A stretch of DNA of 64,000 nt from Octopus sinensis (lineage: Eukaryota), in the NCBI RefSeq assembly GCF_006345805.1, contig NC_043011.1:56246464-56310463 (forward strand). Reading direction: 5' to 3'. Shown in pieces: positions 12,561 to 24,376 of the stretch. The position numbers and the translations under genes are program-made. A model generated the notes under the pieces. The model saw nothing but the letters and a program-made list of their open reading frames with translations, made no database searches and was not told the DNA's origin. How positions within the stretch are numbered: the stretch's first letter is position 1; every line of letters starts with the position of its first letter.

Positions 12561-13224
12561 GTCAGAAATATTTTTGCATTTGACAAAAAAAATTCTTTAT
12601 TGGTATATTTATACTTAATATATTCTGGCAGATTCCAACACAAAATATGTAAATCGCTGTTGTGTATGTCACAGAACACCAGCTCCTTTTCTGATGACCT
12701 TGTCCTAACACACTGATGTCCTAGAATCCTTTGCACCCATAAGCCAAGTGTTTTATGAACACATTGCCATCATTAAAGGGAGGAATTGCTTTCCTGTGAC
12801 GTACAGAACAGCGATTACCATATTTGTGTTCAAATCTGCCAGAATGTTTGAAGAACAAATATGCAAATTCTTGCCTACCTTTGATCTCTGAACTGGTGCA
12901 TTGGCCCCATTAGTTTGAACCATCAGGTACAGAGTTGTTTCTGCTAGAATCACATTGTTTAATCTGTGTATTGAGTATTTGAGCCAAAAATGTTATTTAA
13001 ATTTGAGTGTGCATGTGTATTTTAAATTTTTTGTAATATCTGGAATGCTGGTGAGTGGTGTCTTTAAAAAGACCTGATTCGTTAAAGGTGTGGCTCTGGA
13101 AGTACAACTGATGTCCAGGCAACCAGATTTTCATCTCTCTTAGTTTTTCCCCCTTTTATTCTGTTGGTTCAGTATGAATGAATTCTACCTGTCTTCACCC
13201 TGATGCAAGTCACATCAAGAGAGA

Positions 13225-13432
13225 CCATAGTTGTGGTGTCAATGGCACCTGTGCTGGTGGCGTGTAAAAAGCACCCACTACACTCTGAAAGTGGTTGGCG
13301 TTAGGAAGGGCATCCAGCTGTAGAAACCTTGCCAAATCAGATTGGAACCTGGTGCAGCTCTCTGGTTTACCAGTTTTCAGTCAAACCCTCCAACCCATGC
13401 CAGCATGGAAAGTGGACGTTAAATGATGATGA
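13225..13432 (+). mobile_element. RTE LINE 3' end copy
   Basis: Same conserved 3' block and (ATG)n tail. Confidence 0.8.
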
Positions 13433-13879
13433 TTTGGTACAGTGGAAAAGTAAGGAAAAATCATGCAAGTACCCAGCTGGAGCTACTGATCCGTCTCTCA
13501 CTGCTGTGTTGCTTTTTAAAAGGCTGGAATGAATTGTGCGACTGTCACCAATTGTTGAGCATCACTTGTAGACTGAATTTGACAATGGGAGGCGAGGAAG
13601 AAACCCAATGGAACAGGGGTTGGTGGTTCTACCTTACATCGAGGTAGAACATTGGCCAAAACTGAAAACAGGGGGAGTCTTCATGTCAACAGTTTATAAT
13701 ACTGATTGGTACAAGGATCTAACGAGGAAATTTGATAAAATCATTAACTACAAGAAAATATGTATGGGATGCTTGCTTTTGGTTTTGTATTCCCCCGCTG
13801 TGGTGTTTACTTCTTTCAGTACAAGAATCCATTTTGAAATGTGAGGAAGCAAAATGTGTACTAAATTTTTACGGCTATC

Positions 13880-14172
13880 TGGCCTCCATGCAAGTGGCAC
13901 ATAAAATACACCATTCGAGCGTGATCGTTACCAGCATCGCCTTACTAGCACCTGTGCCAGTGGCACGTGTAAAAGATTCGAGCGAGGCTGTTGTCAGTAC
14001 CGCCGGACTGGCACGTAAAAGCACCTACTACACTCTGAGTGGTTGGCATTAGGAACGGCATCCAGCTGTAGAGACTCTGCCAGATCAAGATTGAAGCCTG
14101 GTTCGCCAGCCCTCAGTCATTCGTCCAACCCATGTTAGCATGGAAAGCAGACGTTAAACGATGATGATGATA
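13880..14172 (+). mobile_element. RTE LINE 3' end copy
   Basis: Same conserved 3' block with two internal subrepeats. Confidence 0.85.
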
Positions 14173-14336
14173 TTGAGAAGCTAATCATATTTTGTCCTAT
14201 GTAATCGGGCTGAACACACAATTACCCCCAAAGTTTTCCTTTGGTAAAATAATCCAAGAACGTTTTACATGGTAAAATCCAAAAATATTGAAATTGCTTT
14301 TCAAAGTTGGTCAATTTCTGAAACTTTTCCTTTCAG

Positions 14337-14491
14337 GTGGCCTTGATGATGCACTGAATAACATCTTGAATCTTTGTACTGACCAGAATGTACCTTTTGT
14401 TTTTGCTCTGGGCCGTCGTGCTTTAGGACGAGCCTGTGCCAAATTAGTACCTGTCAGTGTTGTTGGAATATTCAATTATGAAGGCTCTGAG
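14337..14491 (+). CDS. SECISBP2L: SBP2 exon, L7Ae domain
   Basis: GLDDALNNILNLCTDQNVPFVFALGRRALGRACAKLVPVSVVGIFNYEGSE; ttcag / gtaacc. Confidence 0.97.
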
Positions 14492-14941
14492 GTAACCTTT
14501 TACACCTATTATTTATTTGATTGTCATCTGTTCTCATTTGTCATGTTTCTTTGCTTCCACAGAAACAATCATGTTAAATGAAGAACAGGCTATGGGTGGG
14601 GGGCAGGGACAAAGGAAACACTCATCATGATATAGTTTCGTGGTTAGAATAAGATTTAAAATAAACTTTGATAACAGATGATGAGTAAATAATGAGGAAA
14701 ACATATTTTCTCTTCACATGAAGCTTATTAATTGGTAATCTGTATGAAAAAAAAATATGCAGCCTCACAGCACAGTGATGTGGAGACAAGTGATAATCAG
14801 TGCATTGTGGACGGTTGCTTTTGTGGCCCAAGCAGAGTCTTTGACTGAGCGCTGACCCATGTTATAGATCAAGTTCACGATATGCATAACATGTACATTA
14901 TTTACATTTGATGGATATTTGTCCTCATCTTGTTTGTTGTT

Positions 14942-14987
14942 AACACAACCTTTTGGCTGATATACCCTCCAGCCTTCTTCAGGTGTC
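14942..14987 (-). ncRNA. Degenerate minimal hammerhead relic
   Basis: GACAC CTGAAGA A GGCTG gagggtatat CAGCC AAAA G GTT GTGTT; stems I and II intact, G12 and C15.2 mutated. Confidence 0.45.
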
Positions 14988-15015
14988 TTGGGGGAAATTT
15001 TGAACCTGGATTCTC

Positions 15016-15205
15016 ATTTCGTCTGCTGCTACGTTCTGAGTTCAAATTCCGCCAAGGTCAACTTTGCCTTTCTTCCTTTCGGGGTCGATTAAATAAGTAC
15101 CAGTTATGCACTGGGGTCAATATAATCGACTTAATCCATTTGTCCTTGTTTGTCCTCTCTGTGTTTAGCCCCTTGTGGGTAGTAAAGAAATAATTATTAT
15201 TATTA
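15016..15205 (+). mobile_element. SINE family A, 5'-truncated
   Basis: ATTTCGTCTGC...GTTCAAATTCCGCC...GCCCCTTGTGGGTAGTAAAGAAATA. Confidence 0.85.
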
Positions 15206-15454
15206 TATGCCTGTGGAGAGATGGATTACAAGTAATATGTTATCAGGCAAATTGAAAAAAAAGAAAAAAAAGGTTAGAAATAACAAATGATAAATTAGAA
15301 TTTACAAAAGTATATCTTGTTATAAAACCTCTGTAACTCCATCTTGTTCTTCCAGTTATTTCCCAAATGACATTTTTAATACATTCAAAATAACAGAAAT
15401 TGTAAAACAACAAATCTAGCCAGTGGCTGGATCACACCATCGCTTATAAAATCA

Positions 15455-15834
15455 TAGCACTCCGTCAGTTGCGACGATGAGGGTTCGGGTTGATCCGATC
15501 AATGGAACAGCCTGCTTGTGAAATTAATGTGCAAGTGGCTGAGTACTCCACAGACACGTGTACCCTTAACATAGTTCTCGGGGAGATTCAGCATGACACA
15601 GAATGTGACAAGGCTGGCCCTTTGAAATACAGGTACAACAGAAACAGGAAGAAAGAGTGAGAGAAAGTTGTGGTGACAGAGTACAGCAGGGTTCGCCACC
15701 ACCTCCTGCCGGAGCCTCATGGAGCTTTAGATGTTTTCGCTCAAACACTAACAATGCGTGGTCTGGGAATTGAAACCACAATCCTACGACCACAAGTCCG
15801 CTGCCCTAACCACTGGACCACATTGCACCTCCAC
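15455..15834 (-). mobile_element. tRNA-derived SINE family C
   Basis: A box TGGTCCAGTGG and B-box-like GGTTTCAATTCC; head shared with the 42663 copy. Confidence 0.8.
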
Positions 15835-16430
15835 ACATCTAACAATAAATTCAATGTCGCATTTCTTCTTCTACCAGTTAACAACTTACTGTCCAAATCT
15901 TGCTATTGGAACTTTAACAATATAATCTGAAAACAAGGGATTCTCTTTCTGCCTTTTATTTCCCTCGCTCCCTTTCCCCCCCACTAAATGAGACATATCT
16001 ATTTTTTCAAGATATTTGGTGAATAGTATATGTATAGGCTTTTTTTTTCTGTTACTAAGTCAATTCCACTTTTATAAAATATTTATTCAAAAGTAAAAAG
16101 AAATCTTATTTAATCTGATTTTATGTCAGTTATTCTTGAAAAATATTGATTGCTTCCCAGACCCCAGTCGAACCGTCCAACCCATGCTAGCATGGAAAGC
16201 GGACGTTAATCGATGATGATGATGCTGCTGCTGCTGCTAATTATTGGTTATCCTGTTTAACATTTAAATTTTGTGAATGTCATAAAATGAAGAATGACTT
16301 TTAATACGGAGCTTCTTGATCCCAAAATTCTTTGTGTAGTCAACTTTTTCATCTTTAAAACTGCTTCCAGATTTTGGTTTAATACATTCTTCCAATTCAA
16401 AAATATTCTTTTTTTTCTTTTTTTTTTTAG

Positions 16431-17513
16431 GAGAATTTCAGAAAATTGATGGAATTAACAGAGAAGGCTCGTCAGTCATACGTGGAAATGGTTGCCATGA
16501 TTGAAAAAGACATTCAGGAAAATGTACCCCAAATATACTCGAATCCAACCCAAATCTTTGCTCACATGGGCCATTCCCGAACTCCGTCAGGTTGCAGTGG
16601 GATTTCGTTTGCCAGCAGTATTCTCTCTGAACCCATCTCAGAAAATTACCCACAGCTGGAACCTGAGACGGACAGCCGCGGAAACGAGATTGCCAAGAAA
16701 GAGAAAGATTCTGAAATGAAAATCTCTCCACTTTGTTTTCACCAAATAACTGCGTCTTCTGCAATGGCCGAAATCGATGATGGTAATGAAGCCGACACAG
16801 AAGATTCAAATGATACGGCATGTGCTCGCATTGGGAATGGTAATCTGGAATCGTTGTCATCTGGTTTTGAGCAGTGCGACAGTGAAAACGATGACGATGG
16901 TTTAAGTAATAATTTTATGTTACACGAAGCCCTGAACGTGTTGCCACACATTGATTCCATTCATTCTGTTGGCTACGAACTGAACACAGAGATTCTCTCT
17001 CAACACTCTGTACGCACGGTCGGCGACACCAGCGAGGTGTTATCAACCCATTCTTCAAAGACCATTGGGGAAGGAAGCTCCACTATTGTGACGGAGACTT
17101 ACTCTGAACAGGGACATCTCGACAAGACGACCAGCTGTGCTGACAGCTCCATCAATTTGACTCGAGTGAAAGCTGTAGAAAAAGACAAACTGATTCAGGA
17201 TTGGGTGAAGGCATCTCAGTGCTGTTTGGAAGAAGGCGGAAGCAGCGATCAGGAAACAGCGAAAGAGGACAGCTGTGAGAGCAGTGGAAGTTCAAAAGAT
17301 TCCACAGTCTTGCCAACTCTTTCTTCGTCACCGTCGGCAACGTTATTAAAGATAAGCAGTAATTTATCACTTGAAACCGTGGCATCAGTAAGCAGTACGG
17401 CAACCACGACAACAACAGTAACCAGCAACACACCTCCAAAGACTGTCCCTAATGAAACAAGTAGCACAGTCGTAACCCCAACAACCGCTGCAACTGTTGA
17501 GCTTTCTCTCTAA
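16431..17513 (+). CDS. SECISBP2L: SBP2 terminal coding exon with long acidic Ser/Thr-rich tail
   Basis: Poly-T + ag acceptor at 16430; ENFRKLMELTEKARQSYVEM... open to TAA at 17511-17513 (contains ORF 16446-17513). Confidence 0.93.
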   Translation, partial: ENFRKLMELTEKARQSYVEMVAMIEKDIQENVPQIYSNPTQIFAHMGHSRTPSGCSGISFASSILSEPISENYPQLEPETDSRGNEIAKKEKDSEMKISPLCFHQITASSAMAEIDDGNEADTEDSNDTACARIGNGNLESLSSGFEQCDSENDDDGLSNNFMLHEALNVLPHIDSIHSVGYELNTEILSQHSVRTVGDTSEVLSTHSSKTIGEGSSTIVTETYSEQGHLDKTTSCADSSINLTRVKAVEKDKLIQDWVKASQCCLEEGGSSDQETAKEDSCESSGSSKDSTVLPTLSSSPSATLLKISSNLSLETVASVSSTATTTTTVTSNTPPKTVPNETSSTVVTPTTAATVELSL

Positions 17514-17931
17514 CTTCTTGATTAATGATCTGCTAAATCTTGTCCTTTTTTTTCTTTCTTCTCTCTCTCATATTTTATTTATTTACCTTTACTCATCATT
17601 TCCCACCAATCAGTTTAAGTAAAAAGCTTATTCCAAAATACAAACAAGTATTCTTACGGAAACCATTTAAAAGCTTTTTTTTTTTTGTTGTTGATTTCAC
17701 TTTTTTTTTTTTTTTCTCAAAAATGATAAATTATATCAAGAAATGTTCCTTCGTAGAAAATGTTTTTATATTAATTTTTTTTCTTTTTGCATTGTTGTTA
17801 CTAAACCATTTTTCTATGGAAAGTGTATTATATATTAGGGCATCGGTTATCAAAGGCCTACTCACCTGTACACTCACCCAAACTCTTTAGCAATTTCATC
17901 TTATTTAAAACAATAACAACAAAAACAGCAT

Positions 17932-17966
<35 letters not shown>

Positions 17967-19506
17967 GCTGTCTGCATAATCATACAATAAGTCGATTTTG
18001 TTTATAATTAATTTACTTCTGTTAATTTACTGAATAGTTTGAAATTATATTCTTTCATTTACCGAATTCCTTTCGTTAAGAATAATAATGAGATTTTATT
18101 ATATTTGGGGATGGTCATTTTCTTTCTTTCTTTCTTTTTTTTTTCGCCAATTAAACCCATGCACTGTCTATTTGATCTTCACTTTAGCTTTTTTATCTGA
18201 CATTTTGTGACCCTTTCAAGGACTATTTGTTCCTCATATTCCTCTCAGAGAGAGGAGTATAGACAAAAGGGAAAGAAAATCACAGAAGCAGTCACAAAAT
18301 GTGTGAAGAAAGAATTCCAATAAAAAAAAGCCAGAGTGAAGATGAAATAAAAAGTCCCTGGGTTGAATTGGCAGAAAAGAAAGTGATCGTCCCCAGGCAT
18401 AAGAAAACCTGTTTCAAAACACAATTTCACATCAAGAACATTGCAAAACAAATACATAAACTTTATAATAATAATAATACTAATATGGTTATTAGCATAA
18501 ATTCTCTAAAACAAATTGTTGTAAATGTAAGTAATTATTTTTCATTTTAGTGCTTAATTTTATGAGGAATTCATTTTAAAAGATTTTCCCCACTATTAAT
18601 TAAATATTGGACAAACCTTGCTGCTAACACTGTAGTGTCTTGTGATATTCTATCAGGCTCTTTGATCCAGAGGGAAATCTAGAACCTGGTGAAATGAAGA
18701 AATGGTTTGTGTTTAGGTGTGGGACAAAATATGTAACCTTCCATGACCTGGTTTCACACTCTGCTTGAAACCACCTTACATTGCTAATAACTTTTAAAAT
18801 GAATCTTATTTGTTTTCCTTCTCTATGAGTTTGTAATCTTGTGAAGCTGCTACAAGTCAACAGCTGATAGAAATCTCTCTCTCCCTCTCCAAACAAGTTA
18901 TAGTTTTTCATGATATTCAGAATTAATTAGCCTATTGTCAACTAAAGACCGTAAACATTTTATTTCTAATTGGTTTTCTTTTAGAGATTGCTTTCATCTA
19001 AGAGGAATATTATTGGGGTTTTTCATTATTTAAATTTCACTTGAAATAACTTGAGGGTTAATCTTTGTTTCCAACATAAAATCTACAAGATTGTTGTTAT
19101 AATCTCCAACACTTCGTAACGGAACCTTTGATTGCATGACAGTGTTAATAACCGTTGCCATAGGTACAACCAAAGATTAATCTTTAAATCTCATCAACAG
19201 ACATAGCATTCTGAAAGCTGGGCGTAACTTTTGATAAGAGACACAACAGTATTAAATCTGGATGATTTTACTATCACTTTAAAATGGAATTCTGTTGTTT
19301 CTACGAGATATTTCTGTAGAAAATTGACACATTTTGACATTTCACTTTACACGTTATTTTTTCTATTAGTGGGAATTACCAATATCTACCTGGATGTTGC
19401 TGTAACATCACATTACAGGGCTAATTGTATTGCTACTCAAACATAAAAAACACACACATACATATATATATATATTAGAAGGCTTGGAGATGATGTACAG
19501 GTATTT

Positions 19507-19808
19507 TATATTAGAAGAAATGAGGTCCTCAGAAGTTCGGATGGTTTTATATTTACAGATATTTATTTGTATATTACATGTTTTTATACATCATATATTA
19601 GCACTTTCATCCATTCTAGTGGAGTTTTCACTAAGCTCTTGAGGAAAAATTTGACCATTTTACTCAATAACACTATAAAAATGGTCAAATTTTCCACAAG
19701 AACTTAGTTCAATTTGAAAACTCCACTAGAATGGACGAAAGCGCTAATATATGATGTATAAAAACATGTCATATACAATTTCTGAGGACCTCATTTCTTC
19801 TTTATATA
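19507..19808. repeat. Long foldback / MITE-like palindrome
   Basis: Arms pair over more than 110 bp around a 15-nt loop (about 19652-19666), with one asymmetric insertion; TA-rich ends. Confidence 0.85.
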
Positions 19809-22800
19809 TAGCAAGAAATCAAGTGCAGATCTCTTTGAGGTATTTTTAGGAAATGGGAATAAAATTTAGTTTTACAGTAAGGCAATGCGTGATGTGTTTC
19901 AGTCTACGATGTGTCATAGAAGACATCTAAGCAAACAGAAAACAAAGCTAAAACACCAAGATAAATTCAATTTGTTGACAATGACATGGGTATCTTTTGA
20001 TGTTAGCACAATTGGGGGCGAAAGGGGCAATTTGTTTTTCTTTCCAAGAAATGAAATTATTCCATGCCAAAATATTGACTTTCAAATGTTCTAAAACGAA
20101 CGATTTATTTATTGAGCATTGCAGTCTTTCATATTCCGACAATGAAAATGGAGACTGAATTAAGGTTTCGGAAATGTGCTCCATGTTTCAAGTCAACACA
20201 CAGCTTAGCAACCAGAGAAGGGGGGGTCCATGACATGTTTCCATCTCAGCTAGACCCCCCCCCCCATACTTGACACTGTCTGTGACCAACATCATTGATT
20301 ATTTGTAAGGAACTCATTTAACAGACCTTCATGTCAATACAGTTGACTGTTATGACAATAAGCTCAGTGATGTGTTCAAGTCCTAGCACAGGTTTGAAAG
20401 AGAACATTTGAAGCTTAATATATATAATCCTCTCAATTTTGACAAGATCACCAGGAGTTCAATCTCCAGGCAATGCCTTTAGCAAAATACAATAAAACAG
20501 TTGAGAAGAATGAAGATTTGAGATGACAATTCCCACAGTTATAAATGAAGAGGAGGAGGAGGATGGAGCCTAGAATTGTTTACTAACAGACTGGATTTGG
20601 ATTAACAAGTTCTTAATTCCAATACTGTGTTAGTCATTGGTTTACACACTGTTGACACCTCTCACTTGCAAAGTGTTCATGTTCTGACTTTCAAGAAAAT
20701 ATTTTCTTTTTTCTTCACTTGATCTCTGACTAGAATTAATGGAAGGAATGGGGGGGGGGGGGGAATGAACATTTCATTGCTAGGAATTTGACAGAAGCTA
20801 ATCCAAAGACACAGTCTTCATTGACATGGCAATGTCTGATAATAAAAGTTTTATTTAATCTGAATGTTTTGATTTTGAAACTAGAATAGATTCTATATTT
20901 GGAAAACTATATTTTGTTACAAATTTGCTTTTTTTTTTAACAATCATTTCAAAAATATTTGTGTAATCAAAGTTTTTCACTTGCTGTCACTCGTTCTGCC
21001 GAGAGAGAGAGAGAGAGAAGAAATGGCTTCACTGAATTGTTATTTAAACAAATTAATGAGAAAGAATAACTCTAACATTCTTAACAGATAAAAAAGACTT
21101 AACTAGTTTCCAACATACCCTCAAGTTATCAACTTCTGTTGTTATTTAACCCAAGGTCAGCATTGACTGACTAAACTTATATAATCAAAGGCTTTCCAGT
21201 CATGCCCACTCTGTCTATGGTAGAATGAGCTTATTCAATGTGTCCTTCCTGGTTTTTTTTTTTCAAGATATAATTTGAGAGAAATTTAGCTGCTATTTAT
21301 AGCAGGTACAGGCCCCTTACTAATGTACCTACTAATCAAAAGAAACAAGTTGTAATGAAGAAAACTAGTTGGGAAGTAAAATAATTTTTCTCTGTAAACA
21401 TTTTAATGATTAAAAAGGGGGAAAAAATAAAATCCAGGCAAAAATTGGTTTAGCTATCATGTAGGGTGGGCATTATTGGAAATTGAAAGCTTAAAGACAA
21501 GAATTAGTTGACCAGATAAACTTATATATAAAAAACTTTAATTTTCAAATGATTTAAGGAAAGAAGTCCTGATGGCCAGTCGCTAGAATATATTTTTGAA
21601 ATACTGGTTCCTGGAACCCCTAATTATTATTAATCGCTGTTTTATCTCAATGTTTATACAATTATATTTCATCAAATGTTCGAGATGTAATTTTCCAGTA
21701 CTTTTCTAAAACACTCACAATTTCATTTTAAAAAGTAAACTAAAGGAATTAGATGTTTCTCATATCATAGAAAAAAAACAAAAGAGAGAATTTTGTAGCT
21801 TTTAAAGTTCAATGAAGAGCAAACTATGTTGAGTTCCATTTTAAATTGCAAAAGAATAAAAAGAAAAAAAAACAGAGCCTTATTATATCCTGTAGCTTTT
21901 CTACACCCTTTTAGTGCAAAGAAAACAGACCCAAGTAGAAATTCTACAGACTGTGGTCTTCATGCAATAATAGGAACCAATCCAAGAGCAGAATAAGGAC
22001 GAAAATTGGAGCCATGATACATGTGCTTTGCGCTTGGGTTTTGTGCATCAAATGTGATTCTTCAGAAGTTTTTATAAATCTACGTAAACGTGAGAAATAT
22101 CAGATCTGGATCAGAGCACAGAATTTATATTTGTGTTGGATTCACCATGAAGCAATAAATTACAGAATTCAATAAAGAGAAACAAGAATATTTTTTAACG
22201 TATTTCTGCAGACAATTCTGTTCTTTTGTGGAGTGTCTATATTTACATTTGTCAAAAGAAACTAAATACTTGGTTCACAAATTTCTTGAATAGATTATTA
22301 AAAGTGCTTTGCTTAAAGAGTACAACTACCGTTACTACCCATGTGACAAAATCTAAATTTGTGTCTGGCCAGAAGTCTGTGTCACTTTTATATTGTATTT
22401 CTACAGATTTTGCACCGTAACCTTCTCTCAAAACATTAAAATTCTGCATTTATATTCACATAGCTTCAGGTGTTTTTTTAGTGCTAATCACTCAACTATG
22501 AGGCAAATGTACCGGATTAAAGTTCCTTGCTAATCGAGCTGGTCCTTAGCTAATTTGGTGACAAGGAAATTGTTGATTGCATCTCTGGTCATTGCTCTCT
22601 CTCTTTTTGTTTTGTTTTTTTTAGTCACTAGAGAGACGACATTGGCAGTCTAACTCTATATTGGTTTCTAATGCTTTTGAAATAATGCAAAAAATTTATT
22701 TTAAAATACAAATTTGTTTTTTTTTTTGAGTTCTTTAATAATTCAAATTGGAGAACTGCTTTCTGTCTTGTTATGTATTATAATATCTGTAATATTTTTT

Positions 22801-23399
22801 AATGTTTAAAAATGATTGAAATCCCAAATCCCTTTTGGCCTATAAACTTCACTCATGGAAGCTGTATGTAACCAGAAAATTTTTCTCTTAAAAATGAATG
22901 TCTTCCTTGGAAACTGCAAAAACAAAAACAATCAGATTCCTTTTGACCAATTGTAAAAGAAAGACAGCTTGCTTTATTCTTCACAGTTGTCGGTTGCTGC
23001 TTTGTTGATTTTGGTCTGCACTCAGCCTTTTATGCAGTGATATTGTTGGTAGATTCCATTAATGCTTTTTTTTTTTTTTCTTAATCTCTAAAACAAACCC
23101 CAAAAACCCAATTGTTATTGTTTAAACTCTGCATCAGTTTTGTGATTTGGGACAGTTGCCTGTGAGGAATGCAAAACCCTCGGCTGCTTAACGACCATTG
23201 AATGCTGGTGCCATTGCAATGACTCCACTGATCTTCATATTTCAATAGAAACATTTCATTTATCGATGTTGCCTTTATTTCTCTGTGGCTGAGTGGCATC
23301 GAGTTACAATGAAGCCCTTTGATTCTTGCTTATTTCTCTGCTGTGCTGGTTGTGTCCGCATCATCAATGAATAGATCTGTTTTACTGCTTGTACTTCAC

Positions 23400-23410
23400 A
23401 ATAAAATAAA
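23400..23410 (+). terminator. Candidate distal polyadenylation signal of SBP2
   Basis: Overlapping AATAAAATAAA followed by a T-rich tract (23429-23460), at the end of a repeat-poor 6 kb stretch. Several earlier AATAAA exist. Confidence 0.3.
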
Positions 23411-23645
23411 CTAAAATGATTTTAAAGTCTTTTTTTCTCTTCTTTCTTTGAGATTTTTTTTGTAAAAAGGTTGTTTCGTCTCATCCCTTTTCAACTCTGA
23501 GCCATCCTTTGGCATTCAGATGGGTTCCAGTCAGTTAAACCACTCAGTGTCACTCAGAATTGTTTCTCCAGTTACATCAAGACTCCTCTTAGCTTAGATC
23601 CATATTACAGTTGATCTTCAGCCTATTTCCTTGCCACTAGATTCT

Positions 23646-23870
23646 TATTTCTTTACTACCCACAAGGGGCTAAACACAGAAAAGACAGACAAATGGATTG
23701 TCGATTATATCGACCCCAGTGCATAACTGGTACTTAATTTATCAACCCCGAAAGGCTGAAAGGCAAAGTCGACCTCGGCGAAATTTGAACTCAGAACGGA
23801 GCGGCAGACGAAATACCGCTAAGCATTTCACCCGGCATCCTAACGATTCTGCCAGCTCTCCGCCTTTAAT
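23646..23870 (-). mobile_element. SINE family A, full length with 16-bp TSD
   Basis: TSD CTTGCCACTAGATTCT at 23630-23645 and 23871-23886. Confidence 0.95.
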
Positions 23871-24137
23871 CTTGCCACTAGATTCTGGTGGTGGTGGCCA
23901 CACACCAATAGATTCTCAGAGTTTGTGCCACTGTTGTTTCCTTCAGCCAAGTGCTTTTGTTTTAGTTCCATTAGCAGCAACAAGTTCACTTTTGCCATGC
24001 TGTGACTAGAGAACCACATTTTGATTTGCTTCTTACAACTCTTTTACATCGAAATTTGAAGCCATTCTTATTACTATTATGCTAATTTTCTGTGGTATTT
24101 ATTATCTGGTCTGTAGGGATGGTAGGTCCAGGAGACC

Positions 24138-24360
24138 TATTTCTTTATTCCCCACAAGGGGACAAACAAGGACAGACATAAATATTAAGTCGATTACATC
24201 GACCCCAGTGTGTAACTGGTACTTAGTTTATCGACCCCCGAAAGGATGAAAGGCAAAATCAACCTCGGCAGAATTTGAACTCAGAACGTAACGGCAGACG
24301 AAATATGGCTACGTATTTTGCCCGGCGTGCTAACGTTTCTGCCAGCTCACCACCTTTATA
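24138..24360 (-). mobile_element. SINE family A nested in CR1-like LINE, 16-bp TSD
   Basis: TSD GTAGGTCCAGGAGACC at 24122-24137 and 24361-24376. Confidence 0.95.
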
Positions 24361-24376
24361 GTAGGTCCAGGAGACC

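Noticed and set aside
17514-23425. SECIS element in the SBP2 3' region (autoregulation)
   Set aside because: The ATGA candidates I tried (e.g. near 18825 and 23300) lack a proper helix II with apical AA and 3' GA; the CDS has no in-frame TGA. A SECISearch run would be decisive.
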